Shown here: positions 35,386 to 46,112 of the stretch, piece after piece | Numbering within the stretch: position 1 is the stretch's first letter | How the letters are laid out: each line of letters begins with the position of its first letter | Source of the DNA: Escherichia coli | Lineage (GTDB): Bacteria; Pseudomonadota; Gammaproteobacteria; Enterobacterales; Enterobacteriaceae | Assembly: GCF_003334385.1 (NCBI RefSeq) | Contig: NZ_QOWN01000022.1 | Strand: one strand, 5' to 3' | Length of the DNA: 64,000 nt | Made by a program: the position numbers and the translations under genes | Notes under the pieces: generated by a model | What the model was told of the DNA's origin: nothing | What the model saw: the letters and a program-made list of their open reading frames with translations, nothing else | The model's database searches: none

Positions 35386-36695
35386 CAGATACCTCGCGTC
35401 CAGGGAAAATTGAGCGCGGTGCGCGCCAGCGTTTCGACGGCAATAGCGAGAACCTGCTCGTCAAAATCGAATTTTTCGTTGTGATGACCTGCCGCCAGCT
35501 GTGTGCCAAACACCACGTAGGAGGCTTGCCCTTGATGTTGCTGCACGCGGGCCATCATTAATGTGGCATCTTCGGAACCCGCAGGCGCTTCAACACGTTC
35601 AATGGCCTGATTGACCCCCGCGACCTGAGCCGCCTGACTTTGCAACCATGCGACCCATTGCGGCGAAGGAGAACTGGCGGTAGCTGCACCCATCAGACGA
35701 GTTTCAACGCCGACACCATACATGGTTGCTGCGCCCTGAATCGCTTGTTGTGCACGGTCAAAAACATATTGATTAATGACGTCGCTGGCCCCGCGTGTTT
35801 CCACTTTCAGCAACGCCGAGGCAGGAACAACGTTACGACCGCTTCCTGCCTGCATAACGCCCACGTTTACTCTGGAAGCTCCTTCGCTGTGCGGGGCGAT
35901 TGCATGCAGTGCAAGAGTGGCTTGTGCTGCCGCCAACAAGGCATTGTGACCGTCTTCTGGTTTTGCGCCTGCGTGAGCGGCGGTACCGGTGAAGTGCGCG
36001 TCAAATTTGGTGGTTGCCATAAAATTATCACTGCCGCACACCACGGTGCCCGCAGGTACGCCAGTGCCAATGTGCACGGCAGTAAAATAATCAACATCAT
36101 CTACGACACCTGCATCGACCATCGCCCGCGCGCCACGCGTACCTTCCTCTGCAGGCTGAAAAATCAGTTTGATGACGCCATGTAGTCCGGACTCGAACTG
36201 TTTAAGGGTATGCGCCAGCCCAAGCCCAATGGCGGTATGTCCATCATGACCACAGGCATGCATCATTCCGGCGTTACATGACGCAAAACCGTCGCGGTAG
36301 GGGCGATGGCTGACATCCTGCTCTTCACTGAGATCCAGCGCGTCCATATCGACACGGAAAGCCATCACCGGACCGGGGCGACCGGTATCCAGGGTGGCGA
36401 CGATACCAGTGAAACCACCTTCAAAAGCCGCAATCCATTGTGCTAGCGCACCCTGTTGACGAGCGCGCTCGAATTCGCGTTGTAGAGTGAATTCATCAGG
36501 TAATCCCATCCGGCTACTTTCATTAACTACTTCGCGACCCAGCGCCAGTGAATAGCCGAGCTGGTGCAATTCTTCCGCAACAAGGGTGGCAGTGCGGAAT
36601 TCCACCCAGCCAGACTCTGCATAGTGATGAAAATCACGTCGCCAGTGCGATAATTTTGGGGCAAGCGAATTAACAAATTGATTCAAAGACTCCAT
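35385..36695 (-). CDS. abgA: p-aminobenzoyl-glutamate hydrolase subunit A (M20 peptidase)
   Basis: Start at 36695 gives a 436-aa MESLNQFVNSLAPKL protein; the stop overlaps the abgB start. Confidence 0.93.
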   Translation of the reverse strand: MESLNQFVNSLAPKLSHWRRDFHHYAESGWVEFRTATLVAEELHQLGYSLALGREVVNESSRMGLPDEFTLQREFERARQQGALAQWIAAFEGGFTGIVATLDTGRPGPVMAFRVDMDALDLSEEQDVSHRPYRDGFASCNAGMMHACGHDGHTAIGLGLAHTLKQFESGLHGVIKLIFQPAEEGTRGARAMVDAGVVDDVDYFTAVHIGTGVPAGTVVCGSDNFMATTKFDAHFTGTAAHAGAKPEDGHNALLAAAQATLALHAIAPHSEGASRVNVGVMQAGSGRNVVPASALLKVETRGASDVINQYVFDRAQQAIQGAATMYGVGVETRLMGAATASSPSPQWVAWLQSQAAQVAGVNQAIERVEAPAGSEDATLMMARVQQHQGQASYVVFGTQLAAGHHNEKFDFDEQVLAIAVETLARTALNFPWTRGI

Positions 36696-36870
36696 AACCT
36701 TTCCCGTCATCAGTAAAAAGTGTGACCCGGTTCACGTAGCGATAGTTTTTACTTATCACTAACTGATTTTTCACAGTTTTAACCGTTCATAAATTACCCT
36801 GACACAATCATCTGCATTAAAGTAGATGCCAGTTTCTTTGGTCTGATAAATAACGGTTATCGGTGGCGTC

Positions 36871-37779
36871 ATGGCTTTTCAGGTAAAAATTCATCAAATT
36901 CGGGCTTTTGTTGAAGTGGCTCGTCAGGGCAGCATTCGCGGAGCGAGCCGAATGTTGAATATGTCGCAACCGGCACTGAGTAAATCTATTCAGGAGCTAG
37001 AAGAAGGGTTAGCGGCGCAACTCTTTTTTCGCCGTAGTAAAGGCGTGACGTTAACTGATGCCGGTGAAAGTTTTTATCAGCACGCCAGTCTAATTCTTGA
37101 AGAGCTGCGCGCAGCCCAAGAGGATATTCGCCAACGACAAGGGCAACTGGCAGGGCAGATTAATATCGGCATGGGGGCCAGTATTTCCCGCAGTCTGATG
37201 CCAGCTGTCATATCTCGTTTTCATCAGCAGCATCCGCAGGTAAAAGTACGCATTATGGAAGGGCAACTGGTGTCGATGATTAATGAATTGCGTCAGGGAG
37301 AATTGGATTTCACCATCAATACCTATTATCAGGGACCGTACGACCACGAATTTACTTTTGAGAAATTACTGGAAAAGCAATTCGCGATCTTTTGCCGCCC
37401 GGGACACCCCGCCATTGGTGCCCGTTCGATCAAACAGTTACTGGATTACAGCTGGACAATGCCGACGCCACACGGCAGCTACTACAAACAGTTGAGTGAA
37501 TTGCTTGACGATCAGGCGCAAACGCCACAGGTCGGTGTAGTCTGCGAGACGTTCTCAGCCTGTATCAGTCTGGTGGCAAAAAGCGATTTTCTCAGCATAC
37601 TGCCTGAAGAAATGGGCTGCGATCCCTTGCACGGACAGGAGCTGGTGATGTTGCCGGTTAGCGAAATTTTACCGAAAGCGGCCTATTATTTGATTCAGCG
37701 GCGTGATAGTCGCCAGACACCACTGACCGCGTCATTAATCACGCAATTCCGGCGAGAATGCGGCTATCTGCAAAGTTAA
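36871..37779 (+). CDS. abgR: LysR-type regulator of the abg operon
   Basis: 302-aa ORF with a LysR HTH (FVEVARQGSIRGASRMLNMSQPALSKS), divergent from abgA. Confidence 0.93.
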   Translation: MAFQVKIHQIRAFVEVARQGSIRGASRMLNMSQPALSKSIQELEEGLAAQLFFRRSKGVTLTDAGESFYQHASLILEELRAAQEDIRQRQGQLAGQINIGMGASISRSLMPAVISRFHQQHPQVKVRIMEGQLVSMINELRQGELDFTINTYYQGPYDHEFTFEKLLEKQFAIFCRPGHPAIGARSIKQLLDYSWTMPTPHGSYYKQLSELLDDQAQTPQVGVVCETFSACISLVAKSDFLSILPEEMGCDPLHGQELVMLPVSEILPKAAYYLIQRRDSRQTPLTASLITQFRRECGYLQS

Positions 37780-37786
37780 AACTGCA

Positions 37787-37881
37787 TAAAAAAATAGAGT
37801 CTGTCGACATCCGCCAGACTCTACAGTACACACAGCAGTGCATCCGCGTCTTAAATCCGGCATTGTCTCCTCTGCGCCGGT
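37787..37881 (-). ncRNA. mcaS: Hfq/CsrA-interacting small RNA McaS (IsrA)
   Basis: The reverse complement reads ACCGGCGCAGAGGAGACAATGCCGGATTTAAGACGCGGATGCAC...GAGTCTGGCGGATGTCGACAGACTCTATTTTTTT. It has GGA motifs and a minus-strand rho-independent terminator, and matches my recollection of McaS between abgR and smrA. Confidence 0.8.
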
Positions 37882-38108
37882 GACTGTGTTATAACGGTTT
37901 TAACCTTTAGTTGCCAATTTTCTTCAGTGACAGATTTCACGAAAATATAAGTTACATTATTAATATCGTGAATGAATAATCATGCATAAGTATTTTGCTT
38001 AAAATATCGGCAATATTTGGAACTTATTACTGGAAATTTGGGTAATACGTTGTTGGACCGACCCGGTCTGGTTATCATATCGCGCTCTTAATTGCGGGAG
38101 GATGTAAC

Positions 38109-38672
38109 ATGAACCTTGACGACAAATCGCTGTTTCTTGACGCCATGGAAGATGTCCAGCCGCTGAAACGTGCTACCGATGTCCACTGGCATCCAACGCG
38201 TAACCAACGTGCGCCGCAGCGTATCGACACGCTGCAGCTTGATAATTTCCTCACCACCGGATTTCTCGACATCATCCCACTAAGTCAGCCGCTGGAGTTT
38301 CGGCGGGAAGGGTTGCAACATGGGGTGCTGGATAAGCTGCGCAGTGGTAAATATCCGCAACAGGCGAGCCTGAATCTTTTGCGCCAGCCGGTGGAAGAGT
38401 GCCGCAAAATGGTGTTCAGTTTTATTCAACAAGCCCTGGCGGATGGTTTGCGTAACGTGCTGATTATTCATGGTAAAGGGCGGGATGATAAATCGCATGC
38501 CAATATTGTCCGCAGCTATGTGGCGCGCTGGCTGACCGAATTTGATGATGTTCAGGCATATTGCACCGCGCTACCGCATCATGGCGGCAGCGGGGCGTGT
38601 TACGTCGCACTACGTAAAACGGCGCAGGCGAAGCAAGAAAACTGGGAGCGCCACGCTAAGCGCAGTCGTTGA
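38109..38672 (+). CDS. smrA: Smr-domain DNA endonuclease
   Basis: 187-aa ORF with a C-terminal Smr domain (LIIHGKGRDDKS...). Confidence 0.9.
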   Translation: MNLDDKSLFLDAMEDVQPLKRATDVHWHPTRNQRAPQRIDTLQLDNFLTTGFLDIIPLSQPLEFRREGLQHGVLDKLRSGKYPQQASLNLLRQPVEECRKMVFSFIQQALADGLRNVLIIHGKGRDDKSHANIVRSYVARWLTEFDDVQAYCTALPHHGGSGACYVALRKTAQAKQENWERHAKRSR

Positions 38673-38692
38673 TCTCGAGACGCATCCGCGGC

Positions 38693-39925
38693 TTATGCCG
38701 CCAGCACGCGGTTGCGTCCATCATTTTTCGCCCGATACAAAGCATCATCAACGCGTTTAAACAGTTCATCGATGCTTTCATTTCCTTCGTGATGCGCCAC
38801 ACCAATGCTGACGGTAAAGCGTGGTAAGCCCGAAATACTCACTTTTGCCACGCTTACGCGGATAGTTTCAGCCAGCGAAAGCGCGGTATCCAGTGGGGTT
38901 CTTGGTAGCAATAAGACAAACTCTTCGCCTCCCCAACGAAACACCAAATCGCCTTTGCGAGCGCAACTTTCGAGGGTGCGGGCGAGGGCGCATAACACCT
39001 CATCACCTTTAGAATGCCCATAGAGATCGTTAATGTGTTTAAAACGATCGGTGTCGATGAGCAACAAGCTGTAATCCTGAGCGATGGCGAGATGCTGCAT
39101 TTGGCCTGGTTCCGTAATGTGATAAAACTGTCGCCGATTCAGTAATCCGGTCATCGCGTCATGGTGAGCAGCATGTTCCAGCTGCTCCTCCAGCCGTTTT
39201 TGCTCAGTAATATCATGCACAATACATAACATGAGCTTGTCGCCATAAATTTCAATCGGTCCGGCATAGGTCTGCACATGACGAGTCGAACCATCCGCCA
39301 GTTTATGAACAAAATTCAAAGGTTTATGACCACCGGGTAAATGCGAGATTTCATGCATGATAGGCATGACGCGACGCCCGAGCATATTTATTTCCCAGGT
39401 ATGTTTCTGGCACATCGTTTCATGGTTATAACCATAGAAATTGAGCGCGGCGAGGTTAGCATCGACGATTTGTCCATCTCGTGACGGGTCAATCAACAAC
39501 ATTGGTGCAGAGTTAGTCAGAAAAAAGCGCGCATAAAAACCTTGTTTTTTGCGCTGATAATTTGCCGAGCGACTGGCTTTTAAACCCAGCGTTGCCGGCG
39601 CTTCGATACCTTCGAAAATAATCACCGGTTCTGTTTCTGTCAGCTTTCGCAAAACAAGCCGACAGCTCAATGCTGTTTCCTCTTCTTTACGCTGAACAGT
39701 GAGGATTTCGATAATATCGTGTTGGTTTTGCAGATCGGAGAGGTATTTCGGCAGTTCTTTTTGTGAGGAGACGGAATAGGGTCCGGTTCGTAGCTGACTA
39801 AACGTGAGGTCTTGCATCAACAGTTTCGCCGCGCTATTGGCATAAATTAACTGTTCCTCAAAGGGCGAAACGATCCAGACAGGACTGGTGAGTAAGTCCA
39901 GGGTATTGAAGTTGTGCGTAATCAT
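38693..39925 (-). CDS. dgcM: PAS-PAS-GGDEF diguanylate cyclase
   Basis: Start at 39925 gives a 410-aa MITHNFNTLDLL protein with the GGEEF active site (RWGGEEFVLLL). Confidence 0.93.
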   Translation of the reverse strand: MITHNFNTLDLLTSPVWIVSPFEEQLIYANSAAKLLMQDLTFSQLRTGPYSVSSQKELPKYLSDLQNQHDIIEILTVQRKEEETALSCRLVLRKLTETEPVIIFEGIEAPATLGLKASRSANYQRKKQGFYARFFLTNSAPMLLIDPSRDGQIVDANLAALNFYGYNHETMCQKHTWEINMLGRRVMPIMHEISHLPGGHKPLNFVHKLADGSTRHVQTYAGPIEIYGDKLMLCIVHDITEQKRLEEQLEHAAHHDAMTGLLNRRQFYHITEPGQMQHLAIAQDYSLLLIDTDRFKHINDLYGHSKGDEVLCALARTLESCARKGDLVFRWGGEEFVLLLPRTPLDTALSLAETIRVSVAKVSISGLPRFTVSIGVAHHEGNESIDELFKRVDDALYRAKNDGRNRVLAA

Positions 39926-40158
39926 TGAGATCCCGTTATTTTTATCAATTTTTGTTGCTATCCGATCGCAAAAAAGCCACGTCATATGATCAGATAATTC
40001 TGATAATGATAGACGCTATTTAACACTTCACACGGTTTGTATACGGAAAAGCATTTTGCTTTTTGTATTCAATTTAGACAGAATTTTATTAATCATTTCA
40101 GGGTAATGGGGTGATGAGATGTTGCGTAACAGGGCCAGAAGGCTAGACTACAAAATAA

Positions 40159-41163
<1,005 letters not shown>

Positions 41164-41209
41164 CAAAAGCAATTTTTCCGGCTGTCTGTATACAAAAACG
41201 CCGCAAAGT

Positions 41210-41223
41210 TTGAGCGAAGTCAA
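41210..41223 (+). promoter_or_regulatory. FNR binding site of the fnrS promoter
   Basis: TTGAGCGAAGTCAA matches TTGAT-N4-ATCAA and is centred about 42 bp upstream of the proposed fnrS 5' end. Confidence 0.75.
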
Positions 41224-41258
41224 TAAACTCTCTACCCATTCAGGGCAATATCTCTCTT

Positions 41259-41380
41259 GCAGGTGAATGCAACGTCAAGCGATGGGCGTTGCGCTCCATA
41301 TTGTCTTACTTCCTTTTTTGAATTACTGCATAGCACAATTGATTCGTACGACGCCGACTTTGATGAGTCGGCTTTTTTTT
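41259..41380 (+). ncRNA. fnrS: anaerobically induced Hfq-dependent sRNA FnrS
   Basis: GCAGGTGAATGCAACGTCAAGCGATGGGCG... ends in a gccgact-ttgatg-agtcggc hairpin plus T8. It is preceded by an FNR box and matches my recollection of FnrS between zntB and dbpA. Confidence 0.85.
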
Positions 41381-41437
41381 GCCTGTTATTTATCAGCGTC
41401 TACCCTTTAAGAGTCCACCCAATGACCAGAGGGAAAT

Positions 41438-41611
41438 ATGACGACACTTATTTATTTGCAAATTCCTGTCCCTGAACCGATTCCTGGCGATCCTGTTCCA
41501 GTGCCCGATCCGATCCCTCGCCCGCAACCCATGCCTGACCCACCACCCGATGAAGAACCGATTAAATTGTCGCATCGTGAGCGTAGATCTGCGAGGATAC
41601 GCGCCTGCTAA
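41438..41611 (+). CDS. proline-rich 57-aa small ORF (hypothetical)
   Basis: My own translation; it is below the ORF-track length cutoff. ATG at 41438 preceded by agaggga gives MTTLIYLQIPVPEPIPGDPVPVPDPIPRPQPMPDPPPDEEPIKLSHRERRSARIRAC, with TAA at 41609-41611. Confidence 0.4.
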   Translation: MTTLIYLQIPVPEPIPGDPVPVPDPIPRPQPMPDPPPDEEPIKLSHRERRSARIRAC

Positions 41612-41640
41612 CTTTGCGTCGATGACCACGAGAATAGATT

Positions 41641-43014
41641 GTGACCGCTTTTTCTACCCTGAATGTTTTGCCTCCCGCCCAACTCACGAACCTTAATGAG
41701 TTGGGTTATTTAACCATGACGCCGGTGCAGGCCGCCGCGCTTCCGGCGATCCTTGCCGGAAAAGATGTTCGCGTGCAGGCGAAAACCGGCAGCGGCAAAA
41801 CGGCGGCTTTTGGCCTCGGCTTGTTACAGCAAATTGATGCGTCGCTATTTCAAACCCAGGCTTTAGTGCTGTGTCCTACGCGTGAACTGGCGGATCAGGT
41901 GGCAGGTGAATTGCGTCGGCTGGCGCGTTTTCTGCCAAATACCAAAATTTTGACGTTGTGCGGTGGTCAACCGTTCGGTATGCAGCGTGATTCGTTGCAA
42001 CATGCGCCGCATATTATCGTGGCAACGCCGGGGCGTTTGCTGGATCACCTGCAAAAAGGCACGGTATCACTGGATGCGTTGAATACGCTGGTGATGGATG
42101 AGGCCGACCGCATGCTGGATATGGGATTTAGCGATGCCATTGATGATGTCATCCGTTTTGCGCCTGCATCTCGACAGACGCTTCTGTTTTCGGCAACCTG
42201 GCCGGAAGCCATCGCTGCAATCAGCGGACGAGTGCAACGCGATCCTTTGGCGATTGAAATTGACTCAACAGATGCTTTGCCACCCATTGAACAACAATTT
42301 TATGAGACATCCAGCAAAGGCAAAATTCCTCTGTTGCAACGGTTATTAAGCTTGCATCAGCCATCCTCTTGCGTGGTGTTTTGCAATACCAAAAAAGATT
42401 GCCAGGCTGTCTGCGACGCGCTGAATGAAGTAGGGCAAAGTGCATTGTCATTACACGGCGATTTGGAGCAACGCGATCGCGATCAGACCCTGGTACGTTT
42501 TGCTAACGGTAGCGCCCGTGTACTGGTCGCGACTGATGTTGCTGCGCGTGGTCTGGATATTAAATCGCTTGAGCTGGTGGTGAACTTTGAGCTGGCGTGG
42601 GACCCTGAAGTTCATGTACATCGCATCGGTCGTACAGCTCGTGCAGGAAATAGCGGTCTGGCGATCAGTTTCTGTGCTCCGGAAGAAGCACAGCGGGCCA
42701 ATATCATTTCTGACATGTTGCAGATAAAACTTAACTGGCAAACGCCGCCAGCTAATAGTTCCATTGCGACGCTGGAAGCAGAAATGGCAACGTTGTGTAT
42801 CGATGGCGGGAAAAAAGCCAAAATGCGCCCGGGTGATGTATTAGGTGCACTGACAGGAGATATCGGGCTTGATGGCGCAGATATTGGCAAAATCGCCGTG
42901 CATCCGGCGCATGTCTATGTCGCGGTCCGTCAGGCTGTTGCTCATAAAGCATGGAAACAGTTACAGGGCGGGAAGATTAAAGGAAAAACGTGCCGGGTGC
43001 GGTTATTAAAATAA
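41641..43014 (+). CDS. dbpA: DEAD-box RNA helicase specific for 23S rRNA
   Basis: 457-aa ORF (GTG start) with AKTGSGKT, DEAD and SAT motifs and a C-terminal RNA-binding domain. Confidence 0.95.
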   Translation: MTAFSTLNVLPPAQLTNLNELGYLTMTPVQAAALPAILAGKDVRVQAKTGSGKTAAFGLGLLQQIDASLFQTQALVLCPTRELADQVAGELRRLARFLPNTKILTLCGGQPFGMQRDSLQHAPHIIVATPGRLLDHLQKGTVSLDALNTLVMDEADRMLDMGFSDAIDDVIRFAPASRQTLLFSATWPEAIAAISGRVQRDPLAIEIDSTDALPPIEQQFYETSSKGKIPLLQRLLSLHQPSSCVVFCNTKKDCQAVCDALNEVGQSALSLHGDLEQRDRDQTLVRFANGSARVLVATDVAARGLDIKSLELVVNFELAWDPEVHVHRIGRTARAGNSGLAISFCAPEEAQRANIISDMLQIKLNWQTPPANSSIATLEAEMATLCIDGGKKAKMRPGDVLGALTGDIGLDGADIGKIAVHPAHVYVAVRQAVAHKAWKQLQGGKIKGKTCRVRLLK

Positions 43015-43059
43015 TGAAATGTTGAATTGCCGGGTGCAAGAGTAAACATCTTATTCGGG

Positions 43060-43135
43060 ATTGCCGGATGCGACGCTGGCCGCGTCTTATCCGGCCTCCA
43101 TAAGAGTAGCCCGATACGCTTGCGCATCGGGCGCT
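43060..43135. repeat. REP element plus hairpin between dbpA and ttcA
   Basis: tgccggatgcgacgctggccgcgtcttatccggcc REP motif followed by a gcccgat...atcgggc hairpin between convergent genes. Confidence 0.7.
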
Positions 43136-43142
43136 ATCCTGG

Positions 43143-44078
43143 TTATTTCACTTCAACCACATTCAGCCGTAACTCATCCAACTGATTTTCATCTTCTTCT
43201 GGCTGCCAGCACGCCGGTTGTAGTGGGATCTCTTCGCGATCAAACGCCAGATCACCCCCGTTAACCACTTCAGAACCGTGGGTGATGCCTTTGAAATCGA
43301 ACAGGTTGGTATCGCACAGATGCGACGGCACCACATTCTGCATCGCGCTGAACATCGTCTCGATACGCCCTGGATAACGTTTATCCCAGTCACGCAACAT
43401 GTCAGCAATCACCTGACGTTGCAGGTTAGGCTGTGAACCGCACAGGTTGCACGGAATAATCGGGAACGCTTTTGCATCGGCAAATCGCTGAATATCTTTC
43501 TCGCGGCAGTAGGCCAGCGGACGAATAACGATATGTTTGCCATCATCGCTCATCAGTTTCGGAGGCATACCTTTCATCTTACCGCCGTAGAACATATTTA
43601 AGAACAACGTTTGCAGGATATCGTCACGATGGTGACCCAACGCGATCTTCGTCGCCCCCAGTTCCGTTGCGGTACGATAAAGGATACCGCGACGAAGGCG
43701 AGAACACAGTGAGCAAGTGGTTTTGCCCTCTGGAATCTTCTCTTTCACGATACCGTAAGTATTCTCTTCAACAATCTTGTACTCAACGCCCAGCTTTTCA
43801 AGATACTCGGGCAGAACGTGTTCCGGGAAGCCCGGTTGCTTTTGATCGAGGTTAACAGCCACCAGCGAAAAATTGATTGGCGCGCTTTGCTGCAAATTGC
43901 GCAGAATCTCCAGCATGGTATAGCTGTCTTTACCCCCGGAGAGGCAAACCATGATGCGATCGCCTTCTTCAATCATATTGAAGTCAGCAATGGCTTCGCC
44001 CACGTTACGACGCAGACGTTTTTGTAATTTGTTCAGGTTGTATTGTTCTTTCTTTGTAATTTGTTGATTTTCTTGCAT
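43143..44078 (-). CDS. ttcA: tRNA 2-thiocytidine(32) synthetase
   Basis: 311-aa ORF with PP-loop SGGKDS and CxxC motifs. Its 5' end spans the prophage att core. Confidence 0.94.
44029..44054. other. putative Rac attL core within the 5' end of ttcA
   Basis: TTGTTCAGGTTGTATTGTTCTTTCTT matches the 26-bp Rac att core as I recall it from the literature. It lies directly next to the integrase gene. attR is outside the window, so the duplication cannot be verified here. Confidence 0.55.
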
Positions 44079-44129
44079 TATTTCAGTTCTCTGGTACTAA
44101 ATGGGGCAAATTGGGGGCAAACTTTGCAA

Positions 44130-45365
44130 CTACGATAACCGCGCATTCAACATGGCTATCTGTTCGTCGTTCATGTCATCAATCCACATACCGTAAATTT
44201 CATACACCATCTGCGCAGTTTCATGCCCCATTTGGCTGGCTATAAATGCCGGGTTCGCTCCTGCCGTCAACAGCCAGCAGGCAAAAGTATGCCGCGTATG
44301 GTACGGATTACGGCGGCGAATACCAGCACGTTTTACTGCTGCATTCCACCTTGCCCCCAAACTGCTTACCGAGTAATAAGGTTTTTGTTTTCCGTTACAC
44401 ACCCTGGGCATGAAAACAAAATGCAGTTTTTGCTTTTCGGTTCTGCCGTACTCCCGATGATAAAAGGTGATTTCGCTTTTGCGATGATGCCCGGTCAGTT
44501 TGTATTGCTCCTTCAGTGCTTCAAGAGCAGGCTGCAGTAGTGTTACTGTTCGGATCCCGGCATTTGTTTTTGGGGGACCGAACATATCAAGTATCGTCAG
44601 GTTTCTTCTGACATTCACTATTCCCTTTTCGAGATCCACATCCTCCCACGCCAGAGCTGCCAGTTCCCCGTGACGAAGTCCTGAGTAAACGGCAAATTTC
44701 CACAAGTTCTGGCTCTGTCCTTTTTCACTTTCCATTAATGCATTGAATTCTGTTTTAGATAACGGATCAGGCTTTATTCTGTTTCGCTGTAATTTTTTTA
44801 CTCCTTCAAATGGTTTGGTTGATATAAATCCCGACTGATACGCAAAACGCAACAGCGAACAGAGCAGGGCGATATAGTTATCAACTGTGCGCACGGTTCT
44901 TCCTTTTTTGTTGGATCTTGGATTATCCAGGTAAAGCGTTTCTCCATGCAGCAGTTCATTCCGGTAGTTTAAGATATCGCTATAACGAATATGTGATATC
45001 GGGGTACTTTCACAAATTATTATTCTGAGTGTTTTTAATTGTGATTTCGTTTTCTTCATTGTGTTTGTTGTTAACTCTGTCTCTTTAATTTTTGTCCAGA
45101 TATCACAAAGCTCTCCGAACGTTTTTATGACTCTCGTTGTCACCATTTTTGCCCCAGTGCTGGACTGGGGAAAACGTCTTAAATACTCAAATTCACCGGA
45201 GTTTATTTCATGAACTATCAGCGCTCTTAAATTTCCGGCCTTTTTAATATTACTGTTTGTAATCTCCCAGCCTTTTAATGTTTCCCGACATCGTTTTCCT
45301 CGAAACATGAACCAGATGCGAATGTATCTACCTCTAATCTCGACACCTGTTGGTAATTTAGACAT
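44130..45365 (-). CDS. intR: tyrosine integrase
   Basis: 411-aa ORF with the C-terminal catalytic region (HTRHTFACWLL...GHETAQMVYEIY). Confidence 0.95.
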   Translation of the reverse strand: MSKLPTGVEIRGRYIRIWFMFRGKRCRETLKGWEITNSNIKKAGNLRALIVHEINSGEFEYLRRFPQSSTGAKMVTTRVIKTFGELCDIWTKIKETELTTNTMKKTKSQLKTLRIIICESTPISHIRYSDILNYRNELLHGETLYLDNPRSNKKGRTVRTVDNYIALLCSLLRFAYQSGFISTKPFEGVKKLQRNRIKPDPLSKTEFNALMESEKGQSQNLWKFAVYSGLRHGELAALAWEDVDLEKGIVNVRRNLTILDMFGPPKTNAGIRTVTLLQPALEALKEQYKLTGHHRKSEITFYHREYGRTEKQKLHFVFMPRVCNGKQKPYYSVSSLGARWNAAVKRAGIRRRNPYHTRHTFACWLLTAGANPAFIASQMGHETAQMVYEIYGMWIDDMNDEQIAMLNARLS

Positions 45366-45366
45366 A

Positions 45367-45582
45367 TCATGAGTCTTTGATAAACTGATTTATCTTTGGA
45401 TAGTTGTACCAGATAATCCCTCGTTTGCTGTCTGGCTTACCTAAAGGAGATACTCGTTTGAAGTGGAAGCCCTCCACCCAACAGTTCTGGCGGTATGCTT
45501 CAATTTGTCTGGCCCCCAGACCAGTGCGAAGCATCAGGCCGTATTCAACCATCCACTCTTCATTAAAGATTACTTGTGCCAT
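45367..45582 (-). CDS. xisR: excisionase
   Basis: 71-aa [19 protein letters not shown] immediately upstream of int; the track start at 45606 is 8 codons longer. Confidence 0.85.
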   Translation of the reverse strand: MAQVIFNEEWMVEYGLMLRTGLGARQIEAYRQNCWVEGFHFKRVSPLGKPDSKRGIIWYNYPKINQFIKDS

Positions 45583-45660
45583 CGCATCACCTCTGGCAGG
45601 CGCCAATGTTAGACTGAAATTGACGCCCGATGTTGATTATTAATAATCAGCTATGAAGTT

Positions 45661-45870
45661 TTAATTTGAATACAATGCAATTCTCGAGGACTGAAGTTTC
45701 TCGCAATTAAAATTTATCAGTTTTACTTTCTGCTCTCTGGAAACGCCTGCTTCTTTTTTACCTGAGAGCATTTTTTCGCATTCTGATTTCGTTAGTTTAG
45801 ATTTTGAATATCTTGTCCAGTTAGTAGGAGTGCCACCTTCCTTTTCAATAGTGGCGGTAATTTTATACAT
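45661..45870 (-). CDS. ydaC: Rac prophage small protein YdaC
   Basis: 69-aa MYKITATIEKEGGTPTNWTRYSK ORF (an internal start of the 93-aa track ORF); overlaps the ralR stop. Confidence 0.75.
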   Translation of the reverse strand: MYKITATIEKEGGTPTNWTRYSKSKLTKSECEKMLSGKKEAGVSREQKVKLINFNCEKLQSSRIALYSN

Positions 45871-46057
45871 GAACACCTCCATTATTATTTCCAGTGGTTC
45901 GTTTATTCCATCTTTCGAGTGCTTCTTTTTCACTTCCACCATAACCGGTTCGGGATTCGCATCCGTTACACTTCGCTCGGTAATATCCTGAAATGGCTTT
46001 CACCGTTACTGATGGACAACCACAAAATGGACATGGTTTAACATTGTCATATCTCAT
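45863..46057 (-). CDS. ralR: restriction-alleviation / DNase toxin (Lar family)
   Basis: 64-aa MRYDNVKPCPFCGCPSVTVKAISGYYRAKCNGCESRTGYG with a Cys4 zinc-ribbon; recognised as RalR. Confidence 0.88.
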   Translation of the reverse strand: MRYDNVKPCPFCGCPSVTVKAISGYYRAKCNGCESRTGYGGSEKEALERWNKRTTGNNNGGVHV

Positions 46058-46112
46058 AATTTTTCTCATAAAAATATTTCAAGTTGGCGGTGCATTACAC
46101 CGCCAGGCTGAA

